From IMG/VR virus record IMGVR_UViG_3300021185_001231: a stretch of DNA of 64,000 nucleotides. One strand, 5' to 3'. Of the stretch, positions 15,683 through 26,256 are shown piece by piece; within the stretch, counting starts at the first letter, position 1; each line of letters opens with the position of its first letter. Origin of the DNA: a virus. Under the pieces are notes generated by a model, which was given only the letters and a program-made list of their open reading frames with translations, searched no databases and had not been told where the DNA came from. Position numbers and translations under genes: made by a program.

Positions 15683-16813
15683 TTAACGAATTATATCAAT
15701 ATCTTCAGCATTAACATTCCAAGTCTCAACTTGGTGACGTAGTCTGTTATCCGACCTAAGATTCTCGTATCGTTTGGAAGCTTTCTTTCTCCACCATTCG
15801 ATGACATTCTCAAGTTCGAATCTATCAAAGTTCTCTTTCTTTATTAATGTATCAGTTTCACCATTAAGATATTGCGGAACATTATCATAACCGTAAGTAG
15901 AATAGAAAGAACGTTTCCTTTCTGTTAATCCTTTAGCATCTAGGAAGGTCTGACAGAACTTCGCATAGGCATCTTCATCACATGACTTGAGAGAGGATTT
16001 GATAATAGATACCATTTTACTTTGGGTTTTCAACTTTCGAGAACTGGCGTCAGCTGGAACCAAATAGTCACCGTCATTGCGTTCCTTGAACCAATCGTTT
16101 AGTCTTCGGAAGTTATCATCATTTATGAGCGGAGCGAAGTTAGAGTCTGTCAGACCGTTAAATCGTAACAATGGTTTCATTCCGTCATACATAGAAGATG
16201 ACTTAGACGAACCATAGAGTGATGTTGTCTCAAACATACAGATATTCGAGTTGTACTTCTTATTGAGAGTTTCTCTTACTGTATGTGAACAACAGATAGC
16301 GGCAAGAAGTTTTCCGCCAAGATAATTAAAACCAAATGGTTGTGTAGGCACAATATTAAAACCCATGATAACAGAATCATTGAATCTCTTCATTGTAGCT
16401 GGGTCTAGAGTATTGAGAGGTTTACCTAACCACTCATTTCTAGGACGAGAATTTATTGTAGGAGAACCGAAACGAATCATGCCCATAACCATTCCGGAAT
16501 TTTTCTCTTTGACCAACCACAGCATTTGTTTGCCTGGGATGCTCTTCTCAACCGGAGCTGAAGTCGTTATTTCCATGTAGGACATAAACTGATCCTGTTT
16601 ACATGGCATTACCACAAATTCCATATCTTTAGGGTGCATATCGAATTTATCAAATAAATCGTTTTCTGGGCCCATGCCGGGCAAAGAATAAGGAAATGTT
16701 TCCATTCTTTCCATTTTTATTTGACGCATATAATCATCAATACGATTAAAGGTATCAAAGAAATTCTCGAATATATTTGCTGCATGGTAAGCATCAGTCT
16801 TGTTTAGAATCAT
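15683..16813 (-). CDS. DUF4338-like (DruA-related) protein
   Basis: IVPTQPFGFNYLGGKLLA and FETTSLYG motifs. Confidence 0.65.
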   Translation of the reverse strand: MILNKTDAYHAANIFENFFDTFNRIDDYMRQIKMERMETFPYSLPGMGPENDLFDKFDMHPKDMEFVVMPCKQDQFMSYMEITTSAPVEKSIPGKQMLWLVKEKNSGMVMGMIRFGSPTINSRPRNEWLGKPLNTLDPATMKRFNDSVIMGFNIVPTQPFGFNYLGGKLLAAICCSHTVRETLNKKYNSNICMFETTSLYGSSKSSSMYDGMKPLLRFNGLTDSNFAPLINDDNFRRLNDWFKERNDGDYLVPADASSRKLKTQSKMVSIIKSSLKSCDEDAYAKFCQTFLDAKGLTERKRSFYSTYGYDNVPQYLNGETDTLIKKENFDRFELENVIEWWRKKASKRYENLRSDNRLRHQVETWNVNAEDIDIIR

Positions 16814-16841
16814 AATAATAAAACCTAATAATATAACGTGT

Positions 16842-16870
16842 ATTATACACTAATCAAAAGAAAAAGTCAA
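16842..16870 (-). promoter_or_regulatory. Sigma70-type promoter
   Basis: TTGACT-17 nt-TATAAT. Confidence 0.75.
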
Positions 16871-16877
16871 GGAGTTT

Positions 16878-17039
16878 TTAATGGTCTTCATCGCTGTCAT
16901 ATTCAACATCGATTATTCCTTGAGACTCAAAAAAACTCAGTGTAGATTTTATACCTTGTTGATTTCCATAGTACCTACCTGTATAATATGATATAGCCAT
17001 TAAGACCAAACAAGTTAGTGTAAATTCGTAACTAGTCAT
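16878..17039 (-). CDS. 53-aa single-TM protein (not in ORF track)
   Basis: Manual translation MTSYEFTLTCLVLMAISYYTGRYYG...; AGGA RBS after gp41 stop. Confidence 0.55.
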   Translation of the reverse strand: MTSYEFTLTCLVLMAISYYTGRYYGNQQGIKSTLSFFESQGIIDVEYDSDEDH

Positions 17040-17049
17040 AAAACTTTCC

Positions 17050-18459
17050 TTACATTTTAAAGTTTGAGAAATTTCCCTTCTCTGATTTTATTCTTTGTCC
17101 AGAAGCACTATTGTCGAAAACTGGACCTGTATCTTCTTCAGGTTTGTTTAATACACAAAGACTCTCATCAACATCGTGAAGTCGCATCTTAGATCTTTCT
17201 ACACCTATAGTAAATCTTTGATTGACACTTGGATCATTATATCTGTTTTTTAATTGTTTGACCAATATTTGATTGTTGTTTGCAAGTTCATCATTTGATA
17301 TGAGAGCAAACATTAAGTCAGCTGTCGCAGGCAGTCCAAATGATTCAGAAGTATCTTCAAGACCGACATCATCATTACTATAACCTGATCTTGTAGTCTG
17401 AGTCGCAGACATTATTGGTAAGTTAAATTCTACCGCAAGACCTCTCATCTCTTCTGCAATAGACTTTATGTAAGTATAGGAGTTAATCGAACCTCCCATA
17501 GACTTCATTCGAGCAGAGGCACAAATATTCAGATAGTCAATATAAATAAGTTCCGGTACAAAATTCTTCTTAAGTTTCAACTCATTTAATAATGCACGAA
17601 AATGTGAAGTGTTTGCTTGACCAGTCGGGTATTCTTTAATAATAAGTTTACCTTGAGTCTTATCCGCAATTGACTTCACTCTATCCTTAAACTTATCCTC
17701 TTGCATATACTCAAGAGAACCTATATCAACATTCAGAAGGTTCGCATCAATACGTTCTGCGATACGTTCTTCCGCCATTTCCATAGTGATATATAGGACA
17801 TTACGACCCTGTGATAAAGCGGAAGCTGCACAATGACACATGAATAAAGATTTACCAACACCAGTTCCAGCGAGAGCAATATTCAAAGTCTTATTGGGAA
17901 GTCCACCCTTAGTAATACGATTAAAGTAATCTAGATCAAAAGGAATGCGTTCCTCTTGTCTATGGTAAAACTCAAATCTTTCGTCTATGTTCTCTAAGTA
18001 ATCGTGACCAACTGCTGTATCGAATGTAACAGCAAGTGCTTTACTAAGTACATCGGGTATAGCATTCTTTGAAAGAGTTTGATGTTTTCCATCAATTATC
18101 TGAATTGACTCCATGACACTATTAAACACGGCACGATCTTGACACCACTTCTCAGTGGAATCAATCAACCATTCTAAGTTTTCTTTTTGCGGAGTAAATA
18201 TATTCGGCAATATTTCTATTGCGTGTCGATACTGTTCGTCGTTTAGTCTGTCGCCAGAATCGATTTCAATTTTGAAAGCTTCCATACTAGGAAGTTTATT
18301 GTATTTAGCAATGAATAACGTGAACTCTTTAAAGAGACCTTTGTAGACCCCCTCAAAGTATTCGGGTTGTAAAAATGCAGCAACCTTTCTTGCGTAATCA
18401 TCATTCGTTAACAGATTCCTCAGAATCGTCTGTTCCAGTGTTATCTCCAACTTCATCAT
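17050..18459 (-). CDS. gp41: Replicative DnaB-like helicase gp41
   Basis: LAGTGVGKS, ITMEMAEE, IIKEYPTG, DYLN, SATQTTR, SESFGLPATAD, KQLKNRY. Confidence 0.96.
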   Translation of the reverse strand: MMKLEITLEQTILRNLLTNDDYARKVAAFLQPEYFEGVYKGLFKEFTLFIAKYNKLPSMEAFKIEIDSGDRLNDEQYRHAIEILPNIFTPQKENLEWLIDSTEKWCQDRAVFNSVMESIQIIDGKHQTLSKNAIPDVLSKALAVTFDTAVGHDYLENIDERFEFYHRQEERIPFDLDYFNRITKGGLPNKTLNIALAGTGVGKSLFMCHCAASALSQGRNVLYITMEMAEERIAERIDANLLNVDIGSLEYMQEDKFKDRVKSIADKTQGKLIIKEYPTGQANTSHFRALLNELKLKKNFVPELIYIDYLNICASARMKSMGGSINSYTYIKSIAEEMRGLAVEFNLPIMSATQTTRSGYSNDDVGLEDTSESFGLPATADLMFALISNDELANNNQILVKQLKNRYNDPSVNQRFTIGVERSKMRLHDVDESLCVLNKPEEDTGPVFDNSASGQRIKSEKGNFSNFKM

Positions 18460-18760
18460 CTCCTGTAACTAAGCTACCTTCATTATATGCTACCTCAAGA
18501 ATATTCTCAAGTATTTTTGTGGTCTTGTTTTGTAAATCAACATCTTCAGATGTAAGACCATCAATGGGAGAGGAGACTACCGAAAAACTAAACTTCAGTC
18601 TATCCATCTCTCCGTCAAATTGTATGTTACCATACACAATTACAGTTTCAACAAAATCTCCAGTAAGAATTCTTACGTGCCAGGCTTGTTGGTTACTTGC
18701 TTCACCAACAGGTACTAACTCATAATCTACATTCTCAGTTTGATTAGATTGTTCATTCAT
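18401..18760 (-). CDS. gp40-like protein
   Basis: Size and position between uvsX and gp41 as in T4; sequence itself not diagnostic. Confidence 0.5.
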   Translation of the reverse strand: MNEQSNQTENVDYELVPVGEASNQQAWHVRILTGDFVETVIVYGNIQFDGEMDRLKFSFSVVSSPIDGLTSEDVDLQNKTTKILENILEVAYNEGSLVTGDDEVGDNTGTDDSEESVNE

Positions 18761-18771
18761 AATAATACCCT

Positions 18772-18800
18772 ATTATACACTATTCTGGGGGGTTTGTAAA
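18772..18800 (-). promoter_or_regulatory. Sigma70-type promoter overlapped by GC hairpin
   Basis: TTTACA-17 nt-TATAAT; GGGGGTTT/AAACCCCC dyad spans the -35. Confidence 0.75.
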
Positions 18801-18818
18801 CCCCCTTTTAAAAATAAA

Positions 18819-19856
18819 TTATGCTGCTTCATTCTCTACTTCGATATCAAGTTCAACAACACTCTGTAGACCTATTTGATATTGTTTCTTTAGGAAGTCT
18901 TTGAAGTCAGTTTCTTTAAATATAGGAGACCAGAAGTCTTCTGTGAGAGTAACATCTTTACGAACCTTCTTATCAGTTCCAGCTCGTTGATACCAACCGT
19001 TAGATGGTTTTTCCACATAACCTCCAGCCAATGCCACATCAAGTAGACCCGACCATTTTTCTACACCACCATTCCAAGACACACTGATAGGAATCTTAGA
19101 ATTTTCTTTGGCGTATCGAGACTTCTCAACTTTAATTACAAAATCATAACCAGTAACTTCTGTACCAGTCTTGTTCTGTCTACGACCAATGATCCATACA
19201 TTGTCTGCACTATACATGATACCAGTACCGCCAGAGACAACATCTTTAGGATAGAGACCGATCTCTTTGTATGTATGGTTAATAGCGATCATAGGAATCT
19301 TCTTCATATTTAAGTATGGTGTTGCCATACGGAATAAAGACTTGAACGCTTTTGCACGTGACATATCAGCAACAGACTTACCATCTCTAGCATCATCTAA
19401 TTCTTTCTTAGATGCAAGGTTACCGACAGAGTCAATTACTATAATAACATCATCTTTCTCAGTTAAGTTTTCTAACTGATTGATTAAGTCAAACTTTAAT
19501 TCCTCAACATCTTTGATAGGTACGTGTAATACACGAGTAGTGTCTATACCAAACTGATCAAAATAAGACTGAGGAGATCCAAACTCAGAATCATAAAAAA
19601 GCATCACTGCATCTTTTTTATGTTTAAGGTAAGCACCAGCCATCAATAATGCAAAGGAAGTCTTGAAGTGTTTAGATGGACCAGCAAGAACCGTAAGGCC
19701 TGGCGTTACTCCCCCATCAGTAGAACCAGAGAGTGCTACATTTACCATAGGCACTTCAGTAGGAACCATATCCACTTCAGTAAAAAACTTACTATCCGCA
19801 AGGGTAGAACTATCTTTTACTCTAGACTGTTTTTTCAATTTATCCATTAAATTCAT
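18819..19856 (-). CDS. uvsX: RecA-like recombinase UvsX
   Basis: LAGPSKHFKT, FYDSEFG, IDSVGNLAS, SGGTG, KSRY. Confidence 0.96.
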   Translation of the reverse strand: MNLMDKLKKQSRVKDSSTLADSKFFTEVDMVPTEVPMVNVALSGSTDGGVTPGLTVLAGPSKHFKTSFALLMAGAYLKHKKDAVMLFYDSEFGSPQSYFDQFGIDTTRVLHVPIKDVEELKFDLINQLENLTEKDDVIIVIDSVGNLASKKELDDARDGKSVADMSRAKAFKSLFRMATPYLNMKKIPMIAINHTYKEIGLYPKDVVSGGTGIMYSADNVWIIGRRQNKTGTEVTGYDFVIKVEKSRYAKENSKIPISVSWNGGVEKWSGLLDVALAGGYVEKPSNGWYQRAGTDKKVRKDVTLTEDFWSPIFKETDFKDFLKKQYQIGLQSVVELDIEVENEAA

Positions 19857-20764
19857 TCTTTATCTTCTCCAAAATTCACAAATGTAATATTATTAACTCT
19901 TTCACGATCATCTAACTCATAGTCCTTTCGGTAACGAGTGTTGATATCTAGAATTCTTTCTAGAATATCCATTGATACTATGTTCCCATCTTCATCAGTC
20001 TGTTCAGAAAACTTTAAGAGAGCATTAGTATCTTTCGGCAAACATGCGCCACCGAAACCACGTTTCTTATCGAAGCCCGGCACACGTGTATGACCGATTC
20101 CGACTCTGGGATCTAATCCCACAGTACGTGATATAATATTGTAACTGCAACCATACATATTAATCAAATCATAAATCTGATTAAAGAATGTAACCTTAGT
20201 CGCTAGGTACGAATTGATTGTATACTTTACAAAGGAAGCTTCAAATGCTGTCATATAGTGGTAGTCATTAGATGCACATCCACTAAATATATCATAAATT
20301 TCACTTAGTTCACGAGTTGCAGATTCTGATCCACCCATGACATGATAGTCAGCATTGACAAAGTCCGCCTTGGCATTAGACTCTGTAAGAAACTCTGGGT
20401 TATAAACAAAACGATCCGTATCCTTAAGATCCATAGAACTATAAATCTTATCAATTATATCGGGAGTTACTGTCGATTTAACAACAACTAATGCTTTAGT
20501 ATGGATAAGAGATTTTTGTACTGCATCAATAACAATAGTAGCATCAACCTTACCATCTTCGCCTTGTGGTGTTGGTGCGCATACGAATACGAGATGAGGA
20601 GAAAACTCTTTCAAGTCATCAATGGAAGTATTATATTTTGGGTCTACAGCATAAGACTTCACCAAAGGATGGGTGAATGCATATTCTACAGCCTGTCCAA
20701 CAAACCCATGACCTACTATAGCAAGTCGGAATTGGTTATTAGGACTCAATGGTTCATTATTCAT
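19853..20764 (-). CDS. UDP-glucose/GDP-mannose dehydrogenase family (short form)
   Basis: GHGFVG, VCAPTP, KSTVTP, NPEFL, KY..N.YLA.K, GFGGACLPKD. Confidence 0.88.
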   Translation of the reverse strand: MNNEPLSPNNQFRLAIVGHGFVGQAVEYAFTHPLVKSYAVDPKYNTSIDDLKEFSPHLVFVCAPTPQGEDGKVDATIVIDAVQKSLIHTKALVVVKSTVTPDIIDKIYSSMDLKDTDRFVYNPEFLTESNAKADFVNADYHVMGGSESATRELSEIYDIFSGCASNDYHYMTAFEASFVKYTINSYLATKVTFFNQIYDLINMYGCSYNIISRTVGLDPRVGIGHTRVPGFDKKRGFGGACLPKDTNALLKFSEQTDEDGNIVSMDILERILDINTRYRKDYELDDRERVNNITFVNFGEDKE

Positions 20765-21711
20765 TATTTAACCTTATGGTAATCTTTGTACCACGCATAA
20801 AAGTTTTTAATACCGTCTTCGATATTAGTTTTAGGGACGTAACCCAATCCCTCCAGTTTAGTCGTATTAGACCAAGTCTCTAAAGAATCTGCTGGATGTC
20901 TAGGAACCAAATCAATTATGGCATCTATACCACAGTTCTTTTCAATCTCCCTTACAAAATGCATAAGGTCAACTTGTTTGCCACGACCAATATTAAAGAT
21001 TTCACTATTCCCAATTTCATTATTGTGAATAACGATTTCAATACCATCTAAGATATCTTCAACGTATGTGAAGTCTCTTTTCATATTACCATAATTATAC
21101 ACTTTTATTTCGTTTTTGTCAAGTATATTTTTAGTAAAATCAAACAAAGCCATATCGGGTCTTCCCCAAGGGCCATATACAGTAAAGAATCTAAGTCCTG
21201 TATTATTCAGTCCAGATATCTCAAACTGAATTTCGTTGATGTATTTGGTATAAGTGTAGGCGTTTAACTGTTTTCCGAGTATCTGATTTTCTTTCCATCC
21301 ATCTTCAGGTATCTCGGTTCCACCAAACACACCAGAAGTTGATGCATAAATGACTCTAACATCAGGAACAACTTCCTTACACATTTCAATAAGGTTTTGT
21401 GTACCGTCAATGTTGTTTGCATGGTATTCAGATTCCTTTCCGAAAGAATCTCTAACTCCAGCATGTGCCGCAAGGTGAACTATAGTATCAGGTCTAAAGT
21501 CACCCAATACAATTCTTAATCCATCCCTATCTCTCAGATCACATTCAGAAACATCTAATCCAAAATGATTTACTCTATCTCTTTTCAGTTCTGGTTCATA
21601 AAGATGATTGTTGTAGTTATCTAAACCACGAACATCATGTCCACTATTCCTTAACCTATTTGTTAATTGTGAACCGATAAATCCTGCGGCTCCAGTTACT
21701 AATATTTTCAT
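20764..21711 (-). CDS. NAD-dependent epimerase, UDP-glucuronate 4-epimerase-like
   Basis: TGAAGFIG, HLAAHAGVR, YxxxK (YTYTK), RFFTVYGPWGRPDMA, RDFTYVED. Confidence 0.88.
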   Translation of the reverse strand: MKILVTGAAGFIGSQLTNRLRNSGHDVRGLDNYNNHLYEPELKRDRVNHFGLDVSECDLRDRDGLRIVLGDFRPDTIVHLAAHAGVRDSFGKESEYHANNIDGTQNLIEMCKEVVPDVRVIYASTSGVFGGTEIPEDGWKENQILGKQLNAYTYTKYINEIQFEISGLNNTGLRFFTVYGPWGRPDMALFDFTKNILDKNEIKVYNYGNMKRDFTYVEDILDGIEIVIHNNEIGNSEIFNIGRGKQVDLMHFVREIEKNCGIDAIIDLVPRHPADSLETWSNTTKLEGLGYVPKTNIEDGIKNFYAWYKDYHKVK

Positions 21712-22655
21712 TAACCTTTCCTATAAACGTATTCTAGCGCTCTATCGGCTTCTACGATAATTGGACGATTCTCATACCAATTGCCATTACAAGCGTCAAA
21801 CTCTTTACACAATTCAGCAATCTGAATTGCAGTTATTGGGTATCCTTTCTTTATAGCGTTTCCAGCTATCGCTATCATTATCTGGTACATTTTTGCGTAC
21901 CATCCAGTTCCAGTTATAGTTTGATATTCCATCGCCATTCTTTTTGGAAAGAATGGACAATCTCTAAAACCCGTCCATCGATACTCAGTATTATTTAGAC
22001 TATTCTTACGATGTTCTATGACCGCACTTTGCATTTGTGGTGGTAATCTATCAAGAAAAGAATTTCCGGTCTTCTGAACATAAGGATGTTTAGAGATAAG
22101 TTCGGAAGTGTTTAATGCCTTACCAGATGTATTATGAAAAATAAAACCATAGGCGTCAGGATAATCAGCTGGTACATAATACATACGCGCCAAGTCTTTA
22201 GTTTGCGGATCTCCCATTTCCCCCAGTTCGGTATTGAGGGCGTGCCAGAACGCTTTGATATTATCTCTCTGTATCTGTTCATCAATCCTAAATACAATAC
22301 GAAATTTAAGATAATCCATGCGACTAGAAGCAGTGCTATAAACCACATAATCGACATCTCCCAGTTGTTCAGAAAGTTGTTCATTTAGAGTGTCCACACT
22401 GTTAGAAAACCTATGAGTATCAACATCAACAGCACACCAACCACCCCAATATAAAGTATTGTCATTAGAACGCGTACTATCGGTTTTAAAAACAGCAGGA
22501 CTAATAAGAGGACTAGAATTATTTCCACCTTTCTTTCCTTTTTGTTTGATCAATCCATAAAGTTCTTGGACGAACTTATCCCAAGTATCGTAAGAAACTT
22601 TTCTATGAGTCTTGTTATCAAACTGATTTTTGAATATAGTTAATTCGTAATTCAT
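21711..22655 (-). CDS. Putative AEP/prim-pol-type primase
   Basis: AVDVD, YSTASS...KFRIVF, D...KDLARMYYVP, helical C-terminal domain; next to gp43. Confidence 0.6.
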   Translation of the reverse strand: MNYELTIFKNQFDNKTHRKVSYDTWDKFVQELYGLIKQKGKKGGNNSSPLISPAVFKTDSTRSNDNTLYWGGWCAVDVDTHRFSNSVDTLNEQLSEQLGDVDYVVYSTASSRMDYLKFRIVFRIDEQIQRDNIKAFWHALNTELGEMGDPQTKDLARMYYVPADYPDAYGFIFHNTSGKALNTSELISKHPYVQKTGNSFLDRLPPQMQSAVIEHRKNSLNNTEYRWTGFRDCPFFPKRMAMEYQTITGTGWYAKMYQIMIAIAGNAIKKGYPITAIQIAELCKEFDACNGNWYENRPIIVEADRALEYVYRKG

Positions 22656-22661
22656 AGTGGT

Positions 22662-22690
22662 ATTATAACATACTTAGGAGTATTTGTCAA
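22662..22690 (-). promoter_or_regulatory. Sigma70-type promoter, likely leaderless transcript
   Basis: TTGACA-17 nt-TATAAT with only 6 nt before the ATG at 22655. Confidence 0.75.
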
Positions 22691-25185
22691 CAGAAGAAAT
22701 CCTCAAGTGATGCGCGAGGTTCAGCTGACCAGTCAACTGCCTCTAGTATAGGTAACAATGGATCGAGGAAAGTCTTATCAAACATCTTATCATAGTCGAT
22801 GTACTTATGTAGATTGACCTCGGGCGGTAAGAACTGAGGATAAGATACTACGTTCTCACTGATAGGATTAGGCATCTTAAGATAACAAAACTTGATCTTC
22901 TCACCATTCTTAATATATTCATATCTTTTATCGAGGGAAAGTTTTTTAATCTGATCATTGTACAACAAACTACCACGAACATGTATGGGAGTACCTTTTG
23001 AGTATATACTCTTGGCATCTCTCCACTTCTTAAGATCAGAAACAGACCGAGGGAAGGATACCGACTCTGGGGGAAGAGTACGAAAATCTGTGCGGAAGTT
23101 TCTTATAAAACTTTGAGTATCACTCTCACTACCATTTATAATAACGTGGAAGATTTCCTTGAACTTATCCCTGACCGTCATAGGAGTACTAGACTTGATT
23201 GCCTCGATACCCATCATCTTTAGTTTAGGTTCTGCGTACTGGACACCCTCATTATTATGTACGTTGAGGATGTATCGTTTCTTGGCTACCCAGATACCCT
23301 TGTCCGCGATTACCTCACGACCCATCTCCATTCGGTTTTCATACGCGCCAGTCATGTCAGCCATCTCCTGATACGACTTAGTCAGAACAGGTTCAAAATG
23401 ATCCTTACAAATGTTATCTAAAAACTTAACAGGATTCTTGGGAGAGAACTTTTCGACCAAGGATTCCATTCGGATATATACTGAGTCGGTATCGATCGCA
23501 ACAACATAGTCTTCCTCCGTCTTAAGAAGTTTTTGCATCTCGTCGTTGACGGTTCTTTCTGCCCACTTAATGGCTAACTGTCCAGCCATAGTAATAGACT
23601 CCGCAACACGTTGATCGAAATATCTGAACCATCGGTTACCCAAAGCACCATAAAGTGAGTTCATAAGAATCTTGATTGCCATTTGTTGGTTATCAAGTTG
23701 GGATATCTTATTCTTAAGCGAAGGGTCTTTGGTATTCTCAAACTCTTGTTGGGTCTTCAACATCTCCTTCTTAATAACTTTACGATCATTATAATAACGA
23801 GTAATAATCTCTGGGACAATACCCTTTCGATCATGAGAGAATCTGACTCCGGTGGGAGCGATAGAGTGACAGAGTTTTGTATAATCAAAGTCATCCTTAA
23901 ACAAATTACCTTCTAGTATTTTCTCTACCGATACATCGGGGACAATACCATCAAGGACAGTTTCGGGGGACATATTATATTGAACGATCAGATTGGGATA
24001 GAGTGAGTTCAAGTCAAATGAAGTTACCCAGTTATGTTGACCAACTTGAGGTTCCTTAACATATCCGCCGGGATATGGGGTCTTAGACTTCTCTATCTTG
24101 GGAGGACATGCAATCTTGGATTGGTTCAACATACGATAGATAATGACATCCCATATAGTGGTCGTACCTAGGGTGTCGGAATAGTTAACTCCAGCTCGGT
24201 AGGCCATTGTCATAACCAAATCAATAAGGCCGAGAACTTCATCAATGCGAAGTACGAGTTCGGTATCTTTAATGTTGTAGTCAATATATTTTTGTGGGTC
24301 TTCGATATATAGATTATGCAGACTTCCGTGTTCCTCATAGGACAACTTACGTTCTCCAAGAACAACATTTGCGATGTGATCCAGTCTATAGGATTCTTGT
24401 TGACCTAATGTATTGTAAGTAAATTTACGGAATAGATCAAAGTAATCTAGTTGCGCCACACCCATAATATCAAATGTGTCAGCTTCGTCCATACCAAATT
24501 TATTGACTCGACCCTTCTTAAGTCTGACCACACCCCAAGGAGAAAATTTCCTAGACTCTTCCTCACCGAACAAACGCATGGTCCTATTAATAAGATAGGT
24601 CATATCAAAAGAAGTACTGTTCCATCCAGTGATGATATCGGGGGTCCACTCTTTCCAGTGTTCAATAAACTTGGTCATCAACTCAGCTTCAGTCTCACAC
24701 TTAACATAAAGAACATCGTCTCTAGTATTCTCATAATCAATACAAGACCAGACCCGACGAATTCCATCTCTCTGAATTATCGTGATAGCAGTGACAGGAT
24801 GTTGCGCTAATGTTGGTTCGGGGAAACCTTCCTCAGAGTGAACCTCAATATCTATGTAGGTTACCTCAACATCTTTGGAATCGAAGTTTATGTTGTTGGG
24901 AAACTTTTCAGAAATATATTGGTAAATAAAGTTGTTCATACCATAGACTCGGAAATTTTCTACGTTGTCATAACGTTTTATAAAGTCTGAGGCTTCCTTC
25001 ATAGAATCTAACTGGATGGGTTCTAGATTAATTTGATCTAGTCCTTTCCAAGGAGTCTTTTGTTTTGGGGTAGGAATGAAAAGTGTGGGTTGAAAAGGAA
25101 CGCGTTTTTTTACACGAACGCCGTCTTTATACCCACGGTAGAGGATGTTATTACCGTAACGAGTTACTGATGTATAAAATTCCAT
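22687..25185 (-). CDS. gp43: Family B DNA polymerase gp43
   Basis: DIE and GWNS..FD exonuclease motifs; [33 protein letters not shown]. Confidence 0.97.
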   Translation of the reverse strand: MEFYTSVTRYGNNILYRGYKDGVRVKKRVPFQPTLFIPTPKQKTPWKGLDQINLEPIQLDSMKEASDFIKRYDNVENFRVYGMNNFIYQYISEKFPNNINFDSKDVEVTYIDIEVHSEEGFPEPTLAQHPVTAITIIQRDGIRRVWSCIDYENTRDDVLYVKCETEAELMTKFIEHWKEWTPDIITGWNSTSFDMTYLINRTMRLFGEEESRKFSPWGVVRLKKGRVNKFGMDEADTFDIMGVAQLDYFDLFRKFTYNTLGQQESYRLDHIANVVLGERKLSYEEHGSLHNLYIEDPQKYIDYNIKDTELVLRIDEVLGLIDLVMTMAYRAGVNYSDTLGTTTIWDVIIYRMLNQSKIACPPKIEKSKTPYPGGYVKEPQVGQHNWVTSFDLNSLYPNLIVQYNMSPETVLDGIVPDVSVEKILEGNLFKDDFDYTKLCHSIAPTGVRFSHDRKGIVPEIITRYYNDRKVIKKEMLKTQQEFENTKDPSLKNKISQLDNQQMAIKILMNSLYGALGNRWFRYFDQRVAESITMAGQLAIKWAERTVNDEMQKLLKTEEDYVVAIDTDSVYIRMESLVEKFSPKNPVKFLDNICKDHFEPVLTKSYQEMADMTGAYENRMEMGREVIADKGIWVAKKRYILNVHNNEGVQYAEPKLKMMGIEAIKSSTPMTVRDKFKEIFHVIINGSESDTQSFIRNFRTDFRTLPPESVSFPRSVSDLKKWRDAKSIYSKGTPIHVRGSLLYNDQIKKLSLDKRYEYIKNGEKIKFCYLKMPNPISENVVSYPQFLPPEVNLHKYIDYDKMFDKTFLDPLLPILEAVDWSAEPRASLEDFFC

Positions 25186-25210
25186 AAAGTCTCCATAATA
25201 TATAACAGGT

Positions 25211-25239
25211 ATTATACACTATTCAGCATGGAATGTAAA
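25211..25239 (-). promoter_or_regulatory. Sigma70-type promoter of gp43
   Basis: TTTACA-17 nt-TATAAT. Confidence 0.8.
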
Positions 25240-25245
25240 GTCTTT

Positions 25246-26055
25246 TTAATCGATAACGTGAAAATAATTATGTCTTGTCCAAGGTTTTTTTATATGTCGG
25301 TCTATGTATGTGTGATGATCTTGAGTGACCATCAGACTTTTGGATACTACCTGAGTGGTTGGGTTGGGTATACTGTTCTCTTCGTCTAAATCTGGTTTGT
25401 TAAAGTAAATTCCACAATCTCTACCAAATCCCAAAGTGGTACATTGAGTCCAAGGGTGTACGACGGTAACTTCCTTACCGTGGTATCTAACGCCAGATTT
25501 CTCTAAGTACTGAGTAGAGTATGTTCTATACAATCTCTGAAGAGTGCAGTAAGGACCACAGTTTATAGGGAAATCTTTATTTATTAAAAGATCGTACTGC
25601 CAGGCAGCGCAATGAGTATCTAGAGAGTAACAACCCATAAACAAACCAATGTTTACATAAAAAGGTTGATGTGATCGAGTAAAATCTACCATCAATTCGA
25701 AAGTATTCAAGTGTTGAGGTAACAGGTAGGTATCATGTTCCATCACAAAAAATCTTTCGTCAGATTCAGATTGCATTCTCATAAGTTCCCAATGAGAACA
25801 CATGCCAGCTTTTTCTGTTTCAGAATGATCCTGAGTTTTTTTGCCAGATCTTGTGTCTGCGAACATCAAACTGGGAGACCAATCATATCGATTCAAGTGT
25901 TCCTCAAAATCTGGGGATTGTGGTGTTATCGCATCAAAGGTTCTTATTTCGGAAATGATACCAGCATCGATAACTGGTTGGAAGGATCTTCTAGAAATTT
26001 CCGCGTATTGTTCAGACTTATAGTCTCCTTTCATTACAATTTGATACGCTATCAT
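25246..26055 (-). CDS. Glycosyltransferase family 25-like protein
   Basis: FDAITP, EKAG..SH..L, VMEHD pattern; start placed at MIAYQI behind AGGA. Confidence 0.55.
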   Translation of the reverse strand: MIAYQIVMKGDYKSEQYAEISRRSFQPVIDAGIISEIRTFDAITPQSPDFEEHLNRYDWSPSLMFADTRSGKKTQDHSETEKAGMCSHWELMRMQSESDERFFVMEHDTYLLPQHLNTFELMVDFTRSHQPFYVNIGLFMGCYSLDTHCAAWQYDLLINKDFPINCGPYCTLQRLYRTYSTQYLEKSGVRYHGKEVTVVHPWTQCTTLGFGRDCGIYFNKPDLDEENSIPNPTTQVVSKSLMVTQDHHTYIDRHIKKPWTRHNYFHVID

Positions 26056-26073
26056 ATATTTTCCTAAAAGGTC

Positions 26074-26096
26074 GGGTGAGCGGTTTAGACTCACCC
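26074..26096 (-). terminator. Hairpin, probable terminator of hsp20 unit
   Basis: GGGTGAG/CTCACCC stem followed by GACCTTTT. Confidence 0.45.
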
Positions 26097-26120
26097 TATT
26101 TAAAAAGTTTCTTGACGGTG

Positions 26121-26243
26121 TTACCTTAGTGGAAATATTGCCATAAAGTAACTTGCCATTAAGACTGAGATTACCAGATACTCAAAATGTTCTACTTCCA
26201 TTTTTTTCACTGTTTTTTTAGTCTTTCTGATTATAGTCCGCAT
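26121..26243 (-). CDS. 40-aa basic protein with C-terminal TM (not in ORF track)
   Basis: GAGGAG RBS; MRTIIRKTKKTVKKMEVEHFEYLVISVLMASYFMAIFPLR. Confidence 0.55.
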   Translation of the reverse strand: MRTIIRKTKKTVKKMEVEHFEYLVISVLMASYFMAIFPLR

Positions 26244-26256
26244 TAGATTCTCCTCG

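Noticed and set aside
17050-25185. Introns, inteins or homing endonucleases in gp41, uvsX or gp43
   Set aside because: Proteins are of normal length with contiguous motifs; none seen in gp17 or gp46 either
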